From Selaginella moellendorffii (taxonomy: Eukaryota > Plantae > Lycopodiophyta), in contig NW_003314261.1 in assembly GCF_000143415.4 (NCBI RefSeq), forward strand, positions 1,289,674 through 1,353,673: DNA of 64,000 nt. The letters are read 5' to 3'. Positions 52,567-64,000 of the stretch are shown in pieces; the first letter of the stretch is position 1, and each line of letters begins with the position of its first letter. The position numbers were made by a program, and so were the translations under genes. The notes under the pieces were generated by a model. The model had not been told where the DNA came from. It did not search any database and worked only from the letters and a program-made list of their open reading frames with translations.

Positions 52567-53664
52567 TGCAACACACAAGAAAAATTAAACTTCCCAGCAA
52601 TAAGAATTCTCTGATTAATATACTATATTTCAATCTCAGGAATGATGTTTTATTATGACATGACAATATATTGAATCATAATTGTTAGTCTTAGTAATTA
52701 CAACCTACTATGAAAGACAAGTGGCTATAGGGTTTCAGAAGCTAAAAACTAGCATATAATTAATACAAAGTCTTATTTTATATAGCTAGCCTGCTATATA
52801 TAATAATGGTGAATATACACAGGCATGCGAGTATGCCTTTTTGCAAGATTACCTTTCAATCCCAAAATTATATATAAATTTAACTCTTTGATTTATCCAT
52901 ATCATATATACTTACACTCTTTGCAAAGACAAAACATATCAAAAGGAATAAGATATATATAAAAAACCTACTTTTTTTATAATATTTTAGTGGATTACAA
53001 AAGCCATTGAAAGTTTATAGAGTGGATTTATTAATGCTTTCCACTATGCTGTCTATTTCTTATTTTCTCTTGCTTTGGATTGTTGTTTCGGAAGTAACAG
53101 GAGCATGTTTATCAATACTAACAGTAGTCTCCACATTCCCGGATGGGTAATAAGAACCAGACATGTAATATGGAAATTGTGGTAGTGAAACAAAATTAAC
53201 ATTCTCACATTTCTGTATGCTAGAACTACTTACAATTTTTTTGTCTTCCTTGCTTCCCATCTCTATAAACCCTAAAGAATGAACGAGTGAATCAATGTTT
53301 TGAATTATTTATATATTTCTGGTCAATTGTTGAAATGTTAAAATGTTGAAATGTACAATAGAAATTTTAGGTTCATTCGAACTTCAATATTCCCATTTTA
53401 TTTGGGACCAATAAAGCCCAAAAATTTCTATGGTTCAAATAAACTTCTAATTCTAGAAACAGTATTTTATTGTATAAATTGCATTAGAAAGATTCAAAAA
53501 ATAAAAATTTCTCTGAACCATTGATACTTAAATTCATAAATTTCAAGTTCACCAAAGAATAACATTTTTCTGACTTAATATCTCCTTATAAGACTTATAG
53601 TTAACTATGTTGACTAGCATTGACTTAAGCTAAATTGAGCTCAACTCAACTTTAGACCATCCCC

Positions 53665-55284
53665 ACACTTGGCATGATTGCGCTGCAATCAATCTATACC
53701 AAGGATGAGGTCAAAAGTTTTATTTACCACCAAATGCAATGACTGCAACTCAAATTTGAGATTGCCCATACACATAACTAGGTCCACCTCATCCCACGCA
53801 CATGCATGTGTACAGCCATTTCCATAAAAAATGAAAATTGGCTCTGCCACATGACACAAATGTAGATGGCAATGTGTGGTAACAAGTCGAGCAATAGAAG
53901 ATAAACTCGAATCTATATCAACCAACATAGAAAGAATAATAGGAGACCTCTTATAAAAACGAGTTTAGAAAGTAAATATTGGATGAGCTTGTGCTAAGTG
54001 AACCCCTGATGATACTCCCAAATGAAAAATAGAGGGGTCACTGACTTATTCACATAAGGTCCTTCCACTACTCATGCGACTCCTCATTTCCCAGATGTAT
54101 CTGAATGTCCAAAAATTCCACTACAGCAGCACTAATAGGACATTGTTAACACCAAGGTCTCCACCCAGAAAATGGAGGTTGCCATCCAAAAAACGTTGAC
54201 AATGCCAATAAATGTGACCAACTTCATCACACACCCAATAGTAGACATCACGGCCACAACTATGTCCATGCCCTTGTCCTTAAACTCAAGCAATAGCAAC
54301 ATCAACCACCATTGAAATAGGACCATCTCCCACAGGAAGTGGAGCTAAAACATGTGTAATGAGAAGTGAAAGAGGTGATATTTTAGAACATTGTGTCAGG
54401 TGAAGAGCATCATCAAGGGTGGGTGGAGCAAGTGCATGCATAAGTCCTACAAGATCTTGACAAAATGCTAGCCACAACATTCCTAGTTTGATCTGCTTTA
54501 ACATATTTAGCTCCGCACGAAGTAAGAGGCTTCAGAAATAAATGCCAAATTCTATCACCGACTTAGATGGCCCTTAATGAAGATGATGTAATTGTTGGAA
54601 AGCATCATTACAATCGTCGACATATCTAAATGCATGTTTAAAGATATCCGAAAGAATACTTCAATTACCACAAATGACTGCATTCAAACACATAGGAAAC
54701 TTATATAAACATTGAGTATCATCCTAAAAATGATGTGTGGCAATCACCATGAAGTGATCAAACCAATAGTACACATCATCCCTAGGATTCCCACAAAGAG
54801 CTCCGGCTGAACGCGAGGATTGGCAGCAAGAGTAAGAGGAGCTTTACCATGCACCATAAATGCTACTATCAATTAAGTTTGGTTGTTCAATTACAATCGC
54901 ATAACATCAAACAATTGCACTAATTGCTACTCCAAAGTTAAAGGAGTAGGAGATTGTTGCTCTACCATGCAGATGAATGAAAAGAAAAGAGCAAAAGAAA
55001 AGAAATGAAAAAAGCTAGAAGGAAAGAGAGATCTAGACGATGCAAAAGTTAAATCTAAACCAAAATCTCAAATTCAAGCACTCTTTAAGGACAATCAAAG
55101 TTGCCCCTCACCTCCACCAATATGAGTGTATGGATATGGAAAGAGAATACATATCAATTAGCCCAAAAACTTTAACTTATATACAGAAGCAAGTGATCTG
55201 GATTGAAACAAATCTGATGGCTAACAAAATCCCATCACACTAATATTAGTATACAACATTGTAGCTATACACTTGGATCTCATA
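53665..55284 (-). mobile_element. 5' half of the host Gypsy element (5' LTR ~54970-55284, gag, protease)
   Basis: LTR matches 35545-35703. PBS-like TGGTAGAGC at ~54967. Gag-like GDDVYYWFDHF, protease MLVDIDS and FDLILGID*LQRNHAKC. Confidence 0.82.
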
Positions 55285-56737
55285 AATCTATTTTACTTCT
55301 TTCTTTGTTTTTTATTAATATAAAGTATATCAAGAAGTTCCCATTCAATACCTCAATTTTGATGATAGTGCTTATCCTACTACTCCATAGATTACTAATG
55401 AATCTCATCTTTACATAACATTGTAAAAGGAAAAGAAGAGTTAGTGGAATAACATAATATAAATTAGTATTGCATACTTGCTCACATAAAACCTTTTCTA
55501 TGTACTTGATTGTGTAAAACCCTTACTAGATTTGTGATGTTGTCATATTATTTAGGATGATGTCTTATATGGCAGTTTGAGGTGTTATGCTCCCACCCAT
55601 AACAAAAATATTATACACATAATCACATTTCAATTGCTTATATAGCAATCTAAAAATGATTGTATGCATAATATTTTTGCATGCAACTCAAAACAAAAAA
55701 AACAAATCTTCATATGTGAATGCTCCTATCAGTCACATTGCCATAACATTTAAGTTATTTTACAATTTCAACTGTTTAATTTAAAAAATGGAATAGATAA
55801 TAGCTCTGAACATTTTACAAAGAACAAAATGATCCCACTCATAAACTTGCTACTCTCCTTGAGGAGCTCAACTCGAAAATTTTGCTTCTTCTTGAGGACT
55901 CAAAAACCTTTGAACCTCTGATGGCTAATATTGAATAATCTACTTCGAACATCTACCGGCTGTCGCCGGTGGCTCGTGGATAAATGTGAACTTTTCTTTT
56001 ACTGCGGCGTCGACCGCGCCTCGCCGCGTCCGGCACGAAATTTTCCCAACAGGAAAACTACAAATCCAAGCAAGAGCAGCCACGTCGCAAGCTTTTTACC
56101 AGCGGTAACTTTGCGCCCTGGACACGTGCCGCAAAACAATAAGGAGGAATCTCCATAGATCAGAGATTTACCCCGTGGTAGATGTAGATTTTACCACACC
56201 CCCTGTATCATGCAAGTTTGAGGGCGAAGAACATTGGCGGAGGGGAGGAGGCCGCTCGAAATTTTGGGGGAGAGGCGCTCGCGGCTGCGTCGGCGATTTG
56301 TCCTCGCTCATCCGTGCCCTGGTGAGCGCCAATCCCTGCCTGTCGAATGCGTCCATGCTTGGAATCTCTCTGGGAATGGGGGTTTTAGTGTCAGATCGAT
56401 TGCCGTGCGCAGCGATTTCTTCGTCTTGTCATGGCATTGGCAGCTGGGAACCTAGCTCGCGGCGCCGGATTTCTCCGTGGATCGGGGTCGGGGCTCTTGA
56501 GATTTCGCCTGTGGTTTCGTCTCCGTGAAGATTAATGTGTGTGTGCGTGTGTGAGTGAGAGAAGCAAGCTTTCTTTCCTCTTCTTTCTTCTTTGATCTTC
56601 CTGCCTGGATGGTCTCGTTTTGCTGCGCTCTCTCTAGGTATTCTATATTTCTTATCAGTCCCGAATTGATTGAGTCTCTCTTTCTCTCTCTTGTTGGTTT
56701 GTTTCAAAGATCTCCAGATTGGTGCCAAGCCAAGAAG

Positions 56738-57978
56738 ATGAAGATCCCATCATTTCAGCGAGCGTCCTCCAACAATCGAATTCTCCCTCTCTGCGACGAG
56801 GACGACGACTACGAAGAAGCACAGCGCAAAGAGACAACGCCAGCATTACCGCCACCATCGCCACCGTCACTACGACCAGGGGGAGATCCCAGCTATGGAG
56901 CTACTGGGTTCCAGGACCCATCTTCGCCCATGGATCCCAAGCTGTGGAGCAAGCTCCCGGAGGACTGTGTGGACAGGATCCTGGCGCGGCTCCCACTGCC
57001 CAGTATGTTCCGGCTACGCTCGGTGTGCAAGCGCTGGAACTCGTTCGTCCATTCCGAGGCCTTCTTCTCGCTCCAGTCGGAGATCTCCGCCAGCCGCTCC
57101 AGCTTCCTCCTGTGCACCCAGGGCCGCGTCTCGTGCGTCTACAACTTCTCCCTCGATGGCTGGCACTTCGTTCCGGTCCCGAGGATCATCCTCCCCATCG
57201 ACATCCCGCCGGTGACCGTCGTCTCGGCCTCTGGAGGCCTGCTGTGCTACGCCAACCAGGTGGCCGAGTGCTCCACGCTCTTCGTCTGCAACCCCTTCAC
57301 CAAAGTTCTCCGAGAGATGCCACCCATGCGGCGCGTCCGNNNNNNNNNNNNNNNNNNNNNNNNNNNNNNNNNNNNNNNNNNNNNNNNNNNNNNNNNNNNN
57401 NNNNNNNNNNNNNNNNNNNNNNNNNNNNNNNNNNNNNNNTCGACAGCGGGAGCTTCTACTCCATCACCGAGCTCCCGTACGGAGTGGTGAGCTTCGACTC
57501 CAAAACTCGAACTTGGTCCGAGGTGAAGGCGGAGATGCCGTCCGGCCTCGCCTCGCCATCGCTGGTGGCGTACAAGAAGAGCCGGCTCTTGATGATCGGA
57601 CGAGTGAAGGGGAGGAGCTCCGCCACAGCGAAGCCGGAGCTCAAACCAGCGACGGCGATGACGGCGATGGTCGAGGAGGGATTAAAAGTTTGGGAGCTCT
57701 CGCACGGTGCCGGGCTCGGGACGTGGACGGAGGTGAACAGGGCCCCGGTGGAGATGTGCCGCGAGTTTCTGGATGCGCTCAAGCCGAGGACGCCGCTGGT
57801 TTGCTCCGGGGTGGGGGACTTGGTGTGCGTGACGAGCCACCTCAGTCCAAAGGCGCTGGTTTTCGACGTGAGCCGCGGGAGCTGGCGGTGGCTGCCCAGG
57901 GATCCACTCTTCCCGAAGAAGAGGAACTTCCATCTCCTGGGATTTTGTTTCGAGCCAAGGCTGGACATCCAGCCGTGA
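56738..57978 (+). CDS. F-box/kelch-repeat protein (UFO/LCR/At5g15710-type superfamily), probably intronless, with an assembly gap at 57340-57439
   Basis: F-box WSKLPEDCVDRILARLP..FRLRSVCKRWN, VVSASGGLLC, LFVCNPFTK..EMPPM and C-terminal WRWLP..GFCFEPRL. The frame change across the N gap is explained by the nominal gap length. Confidence 0.92.
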
Positions 57979-58898
57979 CCGAGAAGAACTGGTGCACTGC
58001 TGCTGCTGCTGCTGCTGCTAGACGGCTGGTTTACTCGACCGAAGAAGATGCTCTCACTCGTCACTCGTCGAGACAATGCCATCCATATCTGACTTCCGGA
58101 CAAGATCCTGCAGCAGCACGAGGTTCTCTCTTTCTCACTTTTTATTTTATGGCCTTCCCTTGTTTTTCGGGTTCTCTCTCTCGCTCTCTTTTTTGCTTAC
58201 GTTGATCATCCAGCTCCTTGGTGGTGGTGGTGATTCTCCAAATTTTTTTAATGCTTTCTAGGTGGATAAAGATGGCTGTGACTAGATAAGATCAGAAGAG
58301 AGCCAGCCAGCTGCATCATCAATCACCATTTGAAAACAAGCAAGCAAAGCAGGCAAGATCTTTCTTGGTGTTTTTTTGGCTCAAGATATATACTAGAGAA
58401 GAGAGCATTCATTCACCACTGGTTTAGTTTAGCTCCCAAGACTTCGTCGATCGATTTGTCAGGATAAAGTGACAACGTCGATCGATTTGGCAGGATAAAG
58501 AGACAACGCTCGCTGCTGACTCGACCGATTCCTTGGCTGTGCGAGAGTCCTTCCCACTGTTCCAACTTTCTTGGGCGATGCAAAGAAAGATGAAAGAAAG
58601 AAAAGCAAAGATGATGTTGTCTCGGGGAATGCTTTCTAAAACCCACTCCTTTCTTTTATTCAAATCCCAAAGGAAAAATCACTGCAAATATCTTCCCGGT
58701 AAGCAAGCTCTACCCAAACGCTTGCTTATATTTTTTTTGTTTTATGATGATACTACGCTGGCCGGATCAACTTGGTCATGAGACTTGACTGTACAGCAGT
58801 TACCTCTAGAGCAATCGTTGCTTATTCTTTCTCGCTTCTTCGTCCTCGTTTGATCTGTTAAAGAACTCCTCTTTCCAGTCTTCTCTATAGAATGGAAG

Positions 58899-60487
58899 TT
58901 AGTAGCTCCACTCGGTGGGAAGCGTCGACTCCGAGGCCTGGTGGAGATGGGAGCACGACGCGGTGTAAGTTTTCCATTGGCTGCTCGATGGCGGCCACTC
59001 TTCGTCCGCGGGGTAGCTTAAGTTGGCAGCATCAACACTTCCAGTGGGAAGTGTAGGACCGCTTCCTACAAAAACAAAGAGAAGATTGTTAAGCCAGGGA
59101 GCCATGATAATGCTAGGCCATGATCAGGAAACGCACCAGGAGGAGAGGTCCCAGGCTGCACTGACGGATAACATCGCATGTCATCGATATTTAGATTCAG
59201 TACTTGGACAATCCGCGACGGCAGAAGTACGCTCGAGCAGGCTGAAGGAAAGAGTTAGCTTGATTGAGAGTTGGAAGAAAAGTGAATAGCTTACATGATT
59301 TGCGTTTGGCGTAGTCATTGCTGCTACGAGGAAGGAAGACTCCAGTTCCGGTGGAGGACCTGTCTGCTGTTCCTCCCAGAAACACGGCACGCATGACAGA
59401 ACCATTTGCTGGGGGCAGTGTCGGCCAATGCCCCACCGGACGTGGAGTTACTCCACACCGATATGTAGAGCGAGGGGCCGCAGGCGGAGCTTGCGGCTGG
59501 GCCCTGTTATGCCGATTCCAGACTGGTGCGGCCTGCTTGGAGCCTCGACACTGGAAATGAAAAAGAAAAGGAGAAAAAACGTATTCAATGAGAAAGCTGA
59601 AAAAAAACAGGAAGAAAAAGAAAAACTGGCTAGCTGCCTAAAGAAAAAAAGAAAGAAAAAGGAAATAGGTACCTGAGTGAGAGGACTTCTATCCTCTTCT
59701 TTCTGCGTCCACCCTCTCTGCACAGCAGCGGCATAAGGCTTGGCAAGGACGCACAAGGAGGAGTCATTCCCATTCCCGGCAGCGCCATACCGGACCTCGG
59801 GCAAATGACTTCCACGAGGAGAAACAAACTCCTCGACTTGCTGAAACCTGTTGCTGCTCATGTCGGCCCCTATAGCCGAATCCCACCCGTCATCAACAGC
59901 AGCTCCTCCAGGAGTTGAAGGAGGGGAGGAGACTTGAGATGAAACCTTGGAGCTGGAGCTACTGTTGATGGCGTATCCAGAACTCCAGCACCCGGCAGAC
60001 CACTGAGACATCATAACCAAAAAAAACATCAAAAACTCCTTTCAGCACACAAGAAACGAAAAAGCAAGAACACAACACATACCTTTCGGAACTCCGTTGG
60101 AGATCCCATCGGCTGGTGCGGCACCGGATTCCAGCTACTTTCGCCCCACAAACCAACTCTATCTACGTTATCTACCTCACTAGTTTCGTCACTATCATCG
60201 AGCATGGAATGAGCCATTTGCTCAGCCAGCCCCGCCACGAAGTCGTCATCCTCGCTGCTCTCGGTCTCGGCAAACGAGTAGTCCGACAACAGGCCCGGAG
60301 GAGTAGAACATCCCCCAAAACAATTACTCTCCCCCCACTGGTGCTGAGAAGTCGGAGAAGCACCGCTGCTATTGCTATTGCTACTGCTACTGCTACTGCT
60401 ACTGCCGCCGCTGCTACCACCCGGAATCACCACTGCTCTGGCCTCCAAACCCATCTTATTCGGCGACACCGGAAAAAAATCTCCCAT
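58899..60487 (-). CDS. Conserved land-plant protein of unknown function, ~5 exons
   Basis: Family-typical blocks EDDDFVAGLAEQMAHSML, GSVMRAVFLG..STGTGVFLPR, ACSSVLLPSRIVQVLNL and terminal LPTEWSY. GT-AG introns near 60082-60004, 59671-59554, 59291-59244 and 59119-59069 (approximate). Confidence 0.82.
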
Positions 60488-61966
60488 TCACTGGGAGAAA
60501 CGACGACCCAAGTCCCCGGGATCTGTTTTTGACTGGAGCCGTTACCTCAATGCCTGGAAGGAAAGCTCCACAACTGTGAAGAAGCGATGGAAAAACATCT
60601 TTCAGAGCCACCAAAGAGGAGATGAACAGAGCAAGCGCACAGACATCCAAGCACACAGACACCCAATGAGCAAATGGCGTAGATCTTTCGTTTTGCCACT
60701 TCCACAAGCAAGAGAGACGAAGGGGAGGAGAGGATAATAGGAACAACGCGGAAAGATGTGCCAGTCGCGCACAACACACTCTTTAAAAGTTAAAACAGCC
60801 AAGGAATCTCAAGTCGGCCCGGCCAGACAAAGAAGAGACCAAAGAAAAAAAAAGAGAAGAGAACCCCAGCACTGTAGAAAAAGCCAGTCTTTGCTTGCGA
60901 AAGCGAAGCCACGGGGGCAATGACATGGGGCGGGGGGAAATACTGGGGAAAGCCAGCTGATTCCGGCCCGAAACTCAAGGGAAAGAGAAGAAGCTAAAAA
61001 TTTGCAGGCAATGCAAGAAATAAAAGATCTCTCAAGCCTGAGTCCTCGCGATCTAGGTACTTACATTCCCGGCGATGGCGATGATAAGCGAGCGCGAACA
61101 AGAATCTCGCGGAGAACACCCGGCGGCGGCCGCGATCTCTTCCACATTCCGCGCGCGCTCCGCCCATCCCTCCCTGCAATTACGCCGCCATAGCCACCGA
61201 TTTAGGGCAAAGCCGCAGTAAAGCAAATTAGCCGTTATTTCCCGCCCAGTCAGCCCTAGCCCGCCGCGTCACCGTCCACCTCAGCAGCGAGCCAGGCCGT
61301 CCGATCGCAATCCGACGGCTGCAGCCGGCCGTGGAGAATATCTGCGCAGCGCTTTTGGGCGGGAATGTCTCCGTCGCGGTCTCGATTCTCGCGACTGGGC
61401 GGCATTTTTACTTTTAAAGTTTTTTTGGTTGTTTTGAAAATCGCCCGCGCGACCATCTCAATGTTGTGAGCGGCGGGAATTTTATAACTCACAACAAAAC
61501 CGTTTGGTGTTAAAATGGACCGGAATCTCCACCAGTATCAGAATCTCTATATAATCTATGATTCATGCATGCCATTGTTGTTGTTAGATTTAAGAGTATG
61601 GCGAAGAATCGGCCTGGGACCATTCTATTTATTTGTATCTTTTCAACGTAGGATCATATCAAAGACAAACCCTACCACCCTAATCTATCCAAAAGAAAAG
61701 GTATCGTGACTATCATGTCAAGTTGAAAAATCCTCACCAAATAAATCATCGACAGCAGACACCAAACCCTAATTTCGCCGCCGCGCCACCTTAAAAGATC
61801 CCGCTGCCTGGTGTCGACATCACGGAGAATATCCGCAGCTTGTCACGTAGCTCATTTTTTCTTGGAACAGAGCTGGGCTGCATTTACGTGCAACACACGT
61901 TGGCCGTATTTTCTTTCTCCAACTTTTAAAAACTCTGCGCGTGGGCGCAAAATATTCTCACTATGC

Positions 61967-63591
61967 TCACTTGACAAGGAGCTCCGCCTTGAGCTTCAAG
62001 CTCACCAGCAAATCCTCGAAACTTTTCTTGAAGGAATCCACCCCTTCGATCTCGAGGAGCGAGCCAACGTCGTCCCACCGGATCCCCAGCGCTTCGATCT
62101 TGTCGTAAATCTTTTGGGCTCCATCCACGTCCGAGTCTAAAGTTCTCGCCAGCGTCCCGTGATCCACAAACGCCTCCAGTGCATTTCCAGGCATCGTGTT
62201 CACCTGCGCGTGTCAAGACATGGATTTTTCTATCAGTGACAAAAGAGAAAGATCTAGTCGCTTTACCGTGTCAGGGCCGATCAAAGTGTCGATGTAAAGA
62301 GTGTCGGAGTATGCCGGGTTTTTCACGCTCGTTGAAGCCCACAAGAGTCTCTGCTTCCTGGCTCCACGCTTTTTCAGTGCTTCCCAGCGAGGTCCCGAGA
62401 ATTTCTTCTCGTAAAGTTGGAAAGCCAGAGCTGCCTGTGCAACGGCTGCCTGCATGAAGAACGCAAAGAGAGGAAGTCAGGAAAAGGAAAAACTTTGTCT
62501 CGTCACCTTGCCACGCAGCTGGAGCGCCTCGTCGGTGCCAATCTCATTCAGCCTTTTATCAACGAGAGTGTCGACCCGGCTTACAAAGAAGGAAGCCACA
62601 CTCGAGACGCCCGAGAGATCTCCTTCTCTAGCTTCGAGTCCATCGAGATATGCATCGATTACAGCTTCATATCTTGGGAGTGAGAATATAAGCTGTTACG
62701 CAAAAAAAAGAAAAGAAGAGGAAATTAAAAAAAATTAAGTAGAGAATTAAGAAGCTTACGGTGACGTTAACACTGATGCCGAGGGAGATGGCGCTTCTGA
62801 TTGAAGGAACACACTCAGCCGTCGCAGGAATCTTCACGTAGACATTGGGACGATTGACCTCCTTGTGCAGCCATTTTGCGGCGTTGAGCGTCTCGTCTGT
62901 CTCATGCGCGAGTAAAGGTGACACTTCCACAGAGACGTATCCATCTTCGCCTTTGCTGGAGCTAAAAACACCAAGGAAAAGGTCGCAAGCATCCTGGATG
63001 TCTTTGATGACCATTTGCCAATAAGCATCCTCCACTTTGCTACCACCCTGTACCAGCTGCCTGAAAAAAACAAGAGTAGAAAAGCAAACACTAAGTCAAA
63101 GTTTCTACGAACCTGAACTGTGGATCATAAGCGTCGGAGGAGGAGATGGCTTTCTGGAAAATCTATCACAAGGAAGAAGAGAAGATTTGAGAAAGAAAAG
63201 ACGTTGTTCTCGACCACACTCACCGTGGGATTGCTCGTTACTCCTCGGACGCCACTGTCGATGAGTGGCTGGAGATCCGTGACAGGGCGCCTGAGATTGT
63301 CATACCATGGACTTTGCTGGTGTTTGCTATAGAGCTCGTGAAGAAGCGTAAGTTTCTCCACCTTGGAGGGCGTTTCTAGCACCATACATTGCACTCTAGT
63401 GAAAGCACAGTGTTACTTAGCACACACACACACACACACAAAGGAGAATACCTCAAACCCTGCGGATCACGGGTGTTCTTGAGCGGTATCACACATAATC
63501 TCTGTGTAGAGGAGCCACCGGCCGAGAACCTAGTAGCATCAGATCGCGAAAGACCTAGCGAGCTTAAGGATTGCGCCTTGAGTAACGCCAT
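61967..63591 (-). CDS. Plastid transaldolase, multi-exon
   Basis: Transit-like N-terminus, then [70 protein letters not shown] and [10 protein letters not shown]. Confidence 0.96.
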
Positions 63592-64000
63592 GCCTGCCGG
63601 AACACAAGATTTACCAAGCTCGTGAGCGAAAGATTTTCACAAGAGAATCGATCGATGATCGCAACCTAGAACCACAAATGCAGCAGAGATCGCAGGGTTT
63701 TACCTGATATCGAGCGTGGACCGCGCGCTCGACCCTAGACGACTGCGATCGGGCACAAAGAGAGCTCGCCCCTAGCTCCTCGCGAGAAGCCTATTTACTT
63801 TGACACTTTGATGATAAGCTTGGATCCAACGGTGGCTTCGGGGCATCTCAACGGCCGAGATGAATTCAAAGTGGTCTTCTCTGACCAGTAGGCACGACTT
63901 CCACGTGGTAACATCCAACGGCTGACATTCAAACGGTAGCTGCTGACTTGGCAAAAATAAAGGCGCGACGCTTTACCGTGATCACATTAAAGAGGAGCTC

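Larger units (their letters stand above)
38230..53664 (-). mobile_element. Large MULE (copy B) with imperfect termini, transposase and ParB-MTase/unknown cargo, with nested LTR debris
   Basis: TSD ACACTTGG at 38222-38229 and 53665-53672. Termini GAGCATAGACTA / GGGGATGGTCTA match at 8 of 12 positions, with subterminal TTGAGCT motifs. Removing the element restores the Gypsy protease frame. Confidence 0.85.

Noticed and set aside
2196-53665. A single 51-kb giant transposon with 5-kb terminal inverted repeats
   Set aside because: 38230-53664 has its own TSD that restores the interrupted Gypsy frame, and the left flank at 2195 does not continue that Gypsy. Two inverted copies is more parsimonious. 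The 10-bp flank match is kept as an open finding.
56719-58205. Overlapping long ORFs and an apparent frameshift in the F-box gene
   Set aside because: GC-rich shadow ORFs. The frame change falls in a 100-N assembly gap of nominal length.

Overview
Plant nuclear DNA. The very short introns and gene style suggest a lycophyte such as Selaginella; this is inferred, not proven. Positions 1-~55.3 kb are a nested transposon island. Positions ~56-64 kb are gene-dense and hold an F-box/kelch gene, a conserved plant gene of unknown function and a plastid transaldolase. The most notable object is a large Mutator-like DNA transposon (MULE) at 38230-53664. Its ends are fixed by an 8-bp target-site duplication (TSD), ACACTTGG, whose removal restores the protease frame of the Gypsy element it interrupted. 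It carries a GCM-like/DDE/SWIM transposase. Transcribed divergently from that is an intron-containing gene that fuses a ParB/Srx-like domain to a prokaryotic-type beta-class N6-adenine/N4-cytosine DNA methyltransferase (MTase) fold. Two tandem Cys/His-motif genes of unknown function and a short-motif tandem array follow. A second, inverted and truncated copy (2196-~8500) preserves the ParB-MTase gene more completely, and a third related transposase relic lies at ~18.1-19.9 kb. An 873-bp fold-back element built from two inverted LTR ends (TG...CA, 5-bp TSD), several Gypsy relics and a non-autonomous LTR element with minisatellite-bearing LTRs are also present. All transposon-borne ORFs here are pseudogenised. 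Domain calls come from motif reading by eye, not database searches.
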